Of a stretch of DNA of 64,000 nucleotides, positions 49,933 to 59,784 are shown one piece after another. The position numbers and the translations under genes were made by a program. Position 1 is the first letter of the stretch. The number at the start of each line of letters is the position of its first letter. The notes beneath the pieces were generated by a model. That model was not told the origin of the DNA. It made no database searches and saw only the letters and a list, made by a program, of their open reading frames with translations. The stretch comes from Leucoraja ocellata (lineage: Eukaryota): assembly GCA_036785375.1 (NCBI GenBank), contig JAWMAR010000082.1, positions 3,038,001-3,102,000 of the forward strand. Direction: 5' to 3'.

Positions 49933-51489
49933 CAGTGCCCTCCGTAAAGTTTGGGACAAATACCAAACATTTATTTATTTGCCTCTGTACTCAACAATTT
50001 GAGATTTGTAATATAAAAAAATAACATGTGGTTAAAGTGCACATTGTCAGATTTTAATAAAGGCAATTTTTATACATTTTGGTTTCACCATGTAGAAACT
50101 ACAGCTGTGTTTATACATAGTCCCCCATACGTGGCTCCATAATGTTTGGGACACAACAAAGTCATGTAAATGAAAGTAGTTAAGTTTAGTATTTTGTTGC
50201 ATATCCTTTGCATGCAATGACTGCTTGAAGTCTGCGATCCAACTCACAAGTTGCTGGGTGCCTTATCTGGTGATGCTCTGCAAGGCCTGTATTGCAGCCA
50301 TCTTTAACTTATGCTTGTTTTGGGAGCTAGTCCTCTTCAGTTTTATCTTCAGCATACAAAAGACCATTTTTTAGCTTTGAAAAACTTTGTTGCTTTAGCA
50401 GTATGTTTAGGATCATTGTCTTGTTGTAGAATGAACCGTCGGCAAATGAATTTTGAGGCATTTGTTTGAACTTGAGCAGATAGGATGTGTCTATACACTT
50501 CAGATTTAATTTGCTACTACCATCAGCAGTTGTATCATCAATGGAAAATGTGAGCCAGTACCTTACCCCCAACACCGTGTTTCACAGATGTAGTGGTATG
50601 TTTTGGATCTTGGGCAGTTACTTCTCTCCTCCATACTTTGCTCTTGCCATCACTCTGATACAAGTTACTCTTCGTCTCATCTGTCCACAAGACCTTTTTC
50701 CAGAACTGTGGTTGCTCTTTTAAGAACTTCTTGGCAAACTGTAACCTGGCCCTCCTATTTTTGCAGCTAACCAGTGGTTTGCATCTTGCAGTGTAGACTC
50801 TGTATTTCTGTTCATGAAGTCTTCTGACAAAGTGATCATTGACAAATCCACACCTGACTCCTGAAGAGTGTTTCTGATCTGTCGGACCGTGTTTGTGGAT
50901 TTTTTGTTATTATAGAGAATTCTTCTGTCATCAGCTGTGAAGGTCTTACTTGGCCTGCCAGTCCCTTTGCGATTAGTAAGCTCACCAGTGCTCTCTTTCT
51001 TCTTAATAATGTTCAAACAGTTGATTTTGGTAAGCCCAAGGTTTGGCTGATGTCTCTAACAGTTTTATTCTTGTTTCTCAGTCTCATAATGGCATCTTTG
51101 ACTTTCATTGGCACAACTTTAGTCCTCATGTTGATAAATAGCAATAAAAGTTTCCAAAGATGATAGAAGGACTGGAGGAAAGACTAGGTGCTGAGAGCTC
51201 TCTTATACCTGCATTAAGGAGGCATTTAAACACACCTGAGCAATTACAAACACCTGTGAAGCCATGTGTCCCAAACATTATGGTGCCCTGAAATGGGAGG
51301 ACTATGTATAAACACCGCTGTCATTTCTACATGGTGAAACCAAAATGTATAAAATTTGCTTTCAATAAAATCTGACAATGTGCACTTTAACCACATGTGA
51401 TTTTTTTCTATTACAGATCTCAAAATGTGGAGAACAGAGGCAAATAAATAAATGATGGGTCTTTGTCCCACACATTATGTAGGGCACTG
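49933..51489 (-). mobile_element. Tc1/mariner transposon of IR/DR type with decayed transposase
   Basis: TA-CAGTGCCCT...AGGGCACTG-TA; ~220-bp inverted repeats with inner direct repeats. ORF 50720-51016(-) reads IIKKKESTGELTNRKGTGRPSK...DDRRIL..TVRQIRNTLQESG (Tc1 HTH/GRP motif). Confidence 0.93.
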
Positions 51490-51494
51490 TATGT

Positions 51495-52356
51495 AACGGT
51501 GATTGGCCTCATCAGCAACAACGATGAGCTGGCCTACAGGGAGGAGGTCCAGCACTTAGCAGCATGGTGCGCTGACAACAACCTGGCCCTTAACTCCAAG
51601 AAGACCAAGGAGCTCATTGTAGACTTCAGGAAGTCCAGAGGCGGCACGCACACCCCCATCCACATTAACGGGACGGAGGTGGAACGTGTTTCTAGCTTCA
51701 GGTTCCTGGGAGTCAACATCTCCGATGACCTCTCCTGGACCCACAATACCTCTACTCTGATCAAGAAGGCTCATCAGCGTCTCTTCTTCCTGAGGAGACT
51801 GAAGAAGGTCCATCTGTCTCCTCAGATCCTGGTGAACTTCTACCGCTGCACCATCGAGAGCATCCTTACCAACTGCATCACAGTATGGTATGGCAACTGC
51901 TCTGTCTCCGACCGGAAGGCATTGCAGAGGGTGGTGAAAATTGCCCAACGCATCACCGGTTCCACGCTCCCCTCCATTGAGTCTGTCCAAAGCAAGCGCT
52001 GTCTGCGGAGGGTGCTCAGCATCGCCAAGGACTGCTCTCACCCCAACCATGGACTGTTTACCCTCCTACCATCCGGGAGGCGCTACAGGTCTCTCCGTTG
52101 CCGAACCAGCAGGTCGAGGAACAGCTTCTTTCCGGCCGCTGTCACTCTACTAAACAACGTACCTCGGTGACTGCCAATCACACCCCCCCCCCCCCCCCCC
52201 CCCCCCCCCGGACACTTATTATTTTTTTTTATTTTTTTATTCAAATCGTTTGCTATGTCGCTCTTCAAGGGAGATGCTAAATGCATTTCGTTGTCTCTGT
52301 ACTGTACACTGACAATGACGATTAAAATTGAATCTGAATCTGAATCTGAATCTGAA
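51495..52356 (+). mobile_element. Young 5'-truncated Rex1/Babar LINE with uninterrupted RT C-terminal frame (to 52170)
   Basis: [44 protein letters not shown]...HPNHGLFTLLPSGRRYRS...NSFFP; (GAATCT)n tail. Confidence 0.95.
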
Positions 52357-52399
52357 GGACATATTTCCATCATCTGAACTGCTGTCACGCGGGGTCACC

Positions 52400-53330
52400 T
52401 GTATTTTTCGAGATGTTTCATGAATGTACTGAGTATATCAGCTTCCACCCTTTTCGGCAGCGCATTCCAGACTCCAACTACCTTCGGTGTGTAAAGATTC
52501 CCACTCAAATCCCCCAAATAAACCTCCAATCTCCACTTGAAACATATGCTCTGTTATCTTAGACCCGCCTATCAGGAGTAAGAGATTTTTACCACATCAG
52601 TCTCCCTTATAATTTTATACATATCTATAAGGTCACCCCTTGGATTCATCTGCTCCAGGGAAAACAAGGTACACTTATCCATTCTCTCCTGAAACCACAA
52701 ACACTAAGCCAGGCAATTTCCTGGTGGTGCCGGCAATTCCCTGGTGAATCTCTTTGGCGTCCTCACCAGCACAATCTCATTGTCCCTACCAGTGGCGGAC
52801 TGGGTCTAGAAATATTGGTTGCCAGGAGACAAAGGGGGCCCACTTCATCAGGGGCCCACTTGATATAGGGGGCCCACTTCATCACGGGTCCACTTGCCAT
52901 CGGGCAAGCTGACACCCTTGCCAGTCCGCCACTGGTCCCTACAGTATGGCGATCAGAACTACACACATTACCCATGATGTGGTCTATCCAGTATTATATA
53001 AAGCTGTAACGTGATGTCTCAACTGTTATGTTTTCTGCCACGACCATTGATTGCAAGCATTCCATATCAGTTCTTTATCACCTTATTCAAATGCTGCTAC
53101 TATCAGTGATCCATCTACTTTTACACCAGGTTTCCTCTGTTCATCAATACTCTCGGGGCCTACCATTAAATGTGCTACCCTTGTTTGTCTTCCAAAAAGG
53201 CATATTTATCTCATATTTGTCTGGGAGTAAATTCAATTTCCTATAACTCTATCCAACTTTCCAGATGATTTATATAATGCAGTAGGCCTAGACAGCCTTC
53301 CTCACCATTTACAACTCCTCCAATATCCCA
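52400..53330 (-). mobile_element. Old CR1 LINE portion containing a hAT MITE
   Basis: gcttccaccc...ggcagcgcattccagact...ctataaggtcacccct...gtatggcgatcagaactacacacattac. Confidence 0.75.
52790..52934. mobile_element. hAT-type MITE (145 bp), same family as 40557-40648
   Basis: TIR CAGTGGCGGACTGG; perfect 8-bp TSD GTCCCTAC; internal GGG(C/T)CCACTT repeats. Confidence 0.92.
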
Positions 53331-53455
53331 GCTCCTATTTTCTATGTTAACCAATCTCTAAACATTTATCAAAACTTTAGGACTTGCATATACACTCACC
53401 CACATTAAAATGCTGAGGTGGTCTATAATAATACTACATCCTTCCCACAAGATGT

Positions 53456-53940
53456 ATAGAGTCATAGTCAGGCAACACAGAAATAGACCTTTCAGGCCAA
53501 CTCCTTCATGCCAACCAAAGACACCCCCCTCTCAGCTAGCCTCCATTTGCCTGCTTTTCACCCATATTCCTGTAAGCCTTTCCTATCAATGTACCTGCCC
53601 AAATGTATTTTAAATGTTGTTATAGTCACGGTCTTAACAACCTTTTCTGGCAGCTCGTTCCATATACCAACCACCCACTAAGTAAAACATTTGCCCTTCA
53701 GATTTGTATTAAATCATGCTACCTTAACCTATGTCCTCTGGATTTTGGGGGTAAAATAATCAGAATCAGAATAGTACTTTATTTGCCAAGTATGGTTTGC
53801 AACATATGAGGAATTTCATTTGCCAAGTCAGTATATCAAAATAATCTGTGTATTCACCCTATCCATCCCTCTCATGATTTTAAGATCATTACTCTGCCTT
53901 CTGCGTGGAATAAAGTCCTAGTCTGTCCATCCTCTCCCTG
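53456..53940 (-). mobile_element. CR1 3' end with a nested short LINE-tail fragment (53757-53835)
   Basis: tagagtcatagtca...ccttcatgccaaccaa...ctggcagctcgttccatatacc; the insert begins (AATCAG)n. Confidence 0.75.
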
Positions 53941-54345
53941 AGTGGCTGAGCATTGTAAACACAATGTCCTTCAGGTGAGAGATATTAAGTTAAAAACCCA
54001 CTTTATAATTCAGTCGGATGTAAAGTGTCCCATGGCTTTATGTTGGAGAACTTCAGTCTATTTCTCTATATCATAGCCATATGGATCATTTGCCAAACTT
54101 CAGTAAAACCGATCACCTGGTAATTATAACATTGTCCCCAGGTTCCCTACAATGCAACAATGATCGCACTTAGAAAATACTTGATTAACTATAAGGTGTT
54201 TGGGCTATGAAAGGCACGACCTTACATTGACATTCTAGCTGCTACAATGGACCACGAGGCATTTCCTGAATGGTTCATGGTGACATTCCCCCGGTCCACC
54301 TACTCTGAAAATGACCTACCTCCACCACTGACACAGGGACTACAG

Positions 54346-54552
54346 CAGGGGTTCCCAACCTTTACCGTCCCGTTTACCAATGGCAACTTTTCAAAAGTAA
54401 ATTTACCCACACCCTGTTTTGTTCAGTAATTTCAGTTTACACTTCTGCCATAATAAAGCAACAGACAAAGTGGAAAATTTAAAATACTGAAACCAGAATC
54501 AACAAACATACCTCCAGGGTAGGCAAAATTAACCCCAGGTTGGGAACCCTTG
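54346..54552. mobile_element. hAT-Charlie-like MITE (207 bp)
   Basis: TIR CAGGGGTTCCCAACC / GGTTGGGAACCCTTG; 8-bp TSD GACTACAG / GGCTACAG. Confidence 0.85.
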
Positions 54553-57223
54553 GGCTACAGTGTGTATCAAAAACTCACCTGCTACTTTATCAGCACCAAC
54601 TAAGCCAGATTCTTCTATGTGATGGAGAGCTAAGAGTGGGGAAATGCCATAAACTACGAGTCATACACTATCATCATTTGATATTTGTTCCTCCATCATT
54701 GATGGGTTAAAATGTTTGAACCCCTTGTCCAACAGTACCAAGGGGGGTACCTTCACCACATAGACCATGTGGTTTAAGAAACCAGGACACTGTTTTGGGA
54801 AGTATCACCTGCTCACATCACACAAATAAAAGAGAAAGTTCCCTCCTTCCCTGTGGAGAAGCAAATGGCCTCAGCTAGACACAGCATTAATGAGATCACC
54901 ACTTTGTCATATGCCGACATTGACTTGTACGATTTCAATAATAGCACATGATGCCACATGCTGAAGACCTAGTACATCAGAAGTTCATTATTCCAAATAC
55001 AGCTACACCATGGCAAATCAATACTTCAAGACCATGAATTTAGTACAGGTAGTTGCAAAGCTTACAAAAATTCTATGACTGGGAACTATTCAGAAGGATA
55101 ATTAGGCCTCCCTCTGGATCTGAAACTTTCCAGGAACCAATCACAATTACAGATTCATGAAATGCATTTTTATACATCCACTCTAATTAATGCAGAATAC
55201 ACACCTCCAGAACCACAAAGCTCATAATTACTTGTTGGATCAACATTAACTTGTATTTTAAATTAATGGGTCATTCACTATATATTAAAAAAAACATCAT
55301 TTTTTGTTTAGATTTTATCAATATTTATACTACTACAATAAACAAACCAATAGAAGTATGTGATAACACAAACAAGAAACATCCTCTCAAAACCATCTCA
55401 TTAAAAGCTGTAATGAATAATCTAATAGGGTACTGCTTGGAATGCAGGACAGAAGAATAATTATCTCAAGGTCGGGTATCTTATAATATGCCAAAATGCT
55501 CTGACATGCTGCTTTCCATATCTTTGTTCCACCACCAATGTATAGAATCAACAGAGACAAAGAGGTATGGGAATGGAATCCTAGATCTCAGGGCTTTGGC
55601 AGCTGAAGGAATGGATACCAATAAATGAAATGCCTAAAATCTGGAATGTCCAAAAGAAAGGGAAGAACTGATATCTTAAAAAATATTACTGTTCAAAGAG
55701 ATAAGAAAAATAGAAAGATGTGTGGCATTCAGAGTACCTGGGAATAAGGATGATATGTTTTAAAAGATATTGCCTCACCAAAGTCTGGCTAATGAATAAA
55801 CAGAATTTATTATAAGATAGGACAGAACAGCAGAGTTACCGAGAGCCTCAAAACGTACAGAGGGTAAATTATGGAAGAGCACTCACAAGTGAATTGAAAC
55901 AAGGCAATCCCATCCAGGTTACCGAAACCAAGAGGTAAGTGCAGGGTTGCAGTGCCAAGAGCAGCAGGAACTATCACAAGAAAATCCAGATTAATACATC
56001 GGCAGTTAAAAAAGCATTGCCAATCAAAACTGCTGGGAAACTACACGGCTTCTCCCCTGGATGGAAACTTTATATTAATTATAAAATCTTGTTTGCAGAT
56101 CTTTTCTGTTTGATATGATAACCAGCAAAAACAGAATGTACTATGATTGGTACATCCAAACATAAGCATGTTCACTGTCAATAATATAAACGAAATGCAG
56201 AATAATACAGCCAAAATAAGCATCACATTTAACATAAAATTACTTGCAATTTAGGACTGCATTTCTTTCAAAAAATAAAAAATAAAATAACACCAACCTG
56301 CAAAGATAGCCATACAATAAGAGGAGAAAACATAACAAAACAAAGATTTACAACACACTGTACAACTGCATATCAGAATAATTTAGCAATAAATTCTAAC
56401 ATAGTACAAGTGTTAAACCAGTCATTAGTGTTGTCTCATGGAATGTCAAGGTTTCTCAAAGCCATGTAGACCGCTTTGAGTTTGGTTGAGATGACTAAGA
56501 ACAGGACAACAGAATTTATTGTTTCGATAAGTTTTTGGGAAATAGTTTTCCTCAATCACTGTTTAAAATATTGCCTTCCTTGCTGTTCCCCTTCCAAAAG
56601 TAGTCAACAAACTCAAGTTGCACCGAGTCAACTAACTAACTTGAAATGGATACTGGCCAACATGAGCACCACAACAACATTAACTTGTTCTATTTGTGGA
56701 CATTCCAGTTTCAACACCCTGAGAACAGCACCAAAATCAAAATAAGTGAAGGGCCTGTCCCACTTAAGCTCCTTTCAAGTTACAAGATGCAACAAACCAT
56801 TTCATAAAGCCATCTACTCACTCATTATTAAATAAAGCTTCCTGGTTCACCTTCTTGTGCGGAAGATCTCTATCAAACTCCATCAAAAAACATTAATTTA
56901 TTTGAAGGAAGGGTTTTCAAATCCTTCAAAAAATGCATAAATATGTACTCTCTCAATCTCTCACTGGGTCCTGCAAAAGAATGTAACGTTCTTCTAAATT
57001 AAGGACACATAAAAATATTAACATTTGAACCATTCAATTCAAAGTAAAGTAATGGAGCTAATTTTAACACATCATTTTTTTCTTAAGAATACAACTTTTT
57101 AAAAATACTTATGGACAAATCGCTGGATGTGTTTATCCCATTTTGAGAGATGTCTGCTTCCTTTGCAGAGAGCGATGGAATTCACAGTATAAACACCTCA
57201 GAAGTCAACATCCAATTAATACA

Positions 57224-57613
57224 GTGTTCAAGAAGGAACTGCAGAGGCTCAGCACTTCAACTCCCCCATTCCCAATCCGACCTCTCTGTCCTGGGTCTCC
57301 TTCATTGCCAGAGTGAGCAACACCGGAAATTGGAGGAACAGCACCTCATATTCCGCTTGGGGAGCCTGCATCCGGCGGGCATGAACATTGAATTCTCCCA
57401 ATTTTGTTAGCCCTTGCTGTCTCCTCCCCTTCCTTAGCCCTCGAGCTGTCTCCTCCCATTCCCCAGCCCTCGGGCTCCTCCTCCTCCCTTTTTCCTTCCT
57501 TCTCCCCGCCACCCCCTATCAGTCTGAAGAAGGGTTTCGGCCCGAAACGTTACCTATCTCCTTCGCTCCTTAGATGCTGCTGCACCCGCTGAGTTTCTCC
57601 AGCATTTTTGTGT
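57224..57613 (+). mobile_element. 5'-truncated Penelope-like element: GIY-YIG C-terminus, 3' UTR, hammerhead motif and inverted 5' cap
   Basis: HSQSDLSVLGLLHCQSEQHRKLEEQHLIFRLGSLHPAGMNIEFSQFC*; 16-bp TSD ACATCCAATTAATACA (57208-57223 and 57614-57629). Confidence 0.92.
57521..57554 (+). ncRNA. Minimal type I hammerhead ribozyme-like motif (PLE-associated)
   Basis: AGU-CUGAAGA-A-GGGU(UUCG)GCCC-GAAA-CG-UU-ACC. Confidence 0.6.
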
Positions 57614-58284
57614 ACATCCAATTAATACATGCAGATTAATAGTCACCAAATTCAAAACAAAGGAATTCCTGCACTTCACAACGTTACATGAATTTGTTAT
57701 TGAAACTGCCGCATGACAAAGCCATCTAAACCAACAAGATTTACGCCCCATTTGTTGCTATGGTGATTATCATTTGTAGTGGTTTACCTACACCGAATTA
57801 AGTATATTCTAGAATTACACAAACAAAAACTGTTCGTTTTGTGTTCAATTTTAATGTCAAGGACAGCAAAAGTTCAAATCCTTTGTCAACAAAATATGTC
57901 ACATGACTAGTTGCAAAACTATATGATGCCGGTTTCACAATAATATGAACTAGTTTGGAAATGGCCAACCTGCTAGATTCCTAGATTAAATCCAGAAATT
58001 AGATGTTTTGGAAGAATTCACGCCTCCCTTTAAAGTTACCCTGCACCACTTTGTTAGTGAATATGCATAAGGTTTCTGCTCAAATAATTAAGCAATTTAT
58101 TTACTCATATTTTTGAACTTAATGACATGACAATTATGATTTTCATATTACTAATTCTGTTTTTCAGAACCAAACTCCTGTCTCATTAACAGGATACCGT
58201 TACATTAGCTACATATTGCATAAGTGCAAGACATTAATTAGTGTTACCATCATGAAAGTGTAAATTTCTGATCATAAAAAACAG

Positions 58285-58385
58285 TAACGGGGTATTGATG
58301 ATTGGGATGATCAGCCATGATCACATTGAATGGCGGTGCTGGCTCAAAGGGCTTGAAGGGCCGACTCCTGCACCTATTGTCTATT
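58285..58385 (+). mobile_element. CR1 3' terminal fragment
   Basis: gatgatcagccatgatcacattgaatggcggtgctggctcaaaggg...ctcctgcacctattgtctat is the reverse complement of 7410-7490. Confidence 0.8.
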
Positions 58386-59189
58386 AACAAAACTGATAAA
58401 GGTGATGAAGCTATGGAACATGGCAAGCCATTTATTGTGAGCACAATCAGAAGGATATCGATTGAAGGTTTAATACTAAAGATTTAGGTCTAGGAATGGG
58501 AGAATGTATTTCGATGTGGGCTGCGATGCTCTGTACTGCATTGGTAGAATTAATGATTAAGGTAGGTATCACAACTATTGATGATAGATTTGATAGGTGG
58601 CTGAGTGAAAGAGAGACAGAATTAGATATGACAACAAGGTGGGAACAAACAATTAGGACTTCTGGACTGTACCATTGATCGATTGTGACATGCAGATTAC
58701 TCTGTGGTTTTATTTTTCTAAATTAAGGTGATATTGTCACACGAAAGGCAGAAGAAACATTTATGAAATGCAGAGTGACCATGTCACACAGCACAAAATA
58801 GCAGAGTAAGAGAGCAAACAATAACAATGCTTTTATTTTTGAGGAGACAATTAGAGGTAAATTTAGGTATGGGGGAACAAAAAAACATGACGTTATACAT
58901 ACTGTTTAAACATATGCATAATATCTTTATACATTTTAAATCTTGATGAGACACTAAAAATTATGAGCTGCAGTTCAGCCATGCGAATCCAAGACATTCA
59001 TGTGCAATTGCCTCGTAAATGCAGTTTCTGCTTCACTCAATGCATTTTGAAAATTATAAAGACACCCACCTCACATTCAATTCGCATATAGCAGGGTCTT
59101 CCATTACATTGTTCAACCCACTTTTATTTTGGATCAGCCACATTCAATTCGGAACAGATTACTTGGGCTTGGTAGACACTTGGATATTA

Positions 59190-59754
59190 CAGTGCCCTCC
59201 ATAATGTTTGGGACAAAGACCCATCATTTATTTATTTGCCTCTGTACTGCACAATTTGAGATTTGTAATAGAAAAAAAAAATCACATTGTCAGATTTCAA
59301 TAAAGGCCATTTTTATACATTTTGGTTTCATCATGTAGAAATTACAGCAGCGTTTATACATAGCCCCCTTTAGGGCACCATAACGTTTGGGACACAGCAA
59401 TGTAATGTAATAGGGTACTGCTTGGAATGCAGTGATAGAAAGACTAGGTGCTGAGAGCTCTCTTTTACCTGCATTAAGGAGGCATTTAAACAAACCTGAG
59501 CAATTACAAACACCTGTGAAGCCATGTGTCCCAAACATTATGGTGTCCTGAATGGGGGGGGGGGGGAAACTATGTACAGACACAGCTGAAATTTCTTCAT
59601 GGTGAAGCCAAAATGTATAAAAATACCCTTTAATAATATCTGACAATGTGCACTTTAACCATGTGATTTTTTTAATTACAAATCTCAAATTATGGAGTAC
59701 AGAGGCAAATAAATAAATGGTGGGTCTTTGTCTCAAACATTTTGGAGGGCACTG
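59190..59754. mobile_element. Internally deleted (non-autonomous) copy of the Tc1 at 49933-51489
   Basis: TA-CAGTGCCCTCCATAATGTTTGGGACAAA...GGAGGGCACTG-TA; 59440-59545 matches 51181-51290. Confidence 0.93.
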
Positions 59755-59784
59755 TATACGTTGTGACAACTACACAGCTGAAAT

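Noticed and set aside
51556-52050. Antisense ORFs over the Rex1 RT (also at 60.7-61.4 kb)
   Set aside because: These are shadow frames of a GC-rich coding strand.
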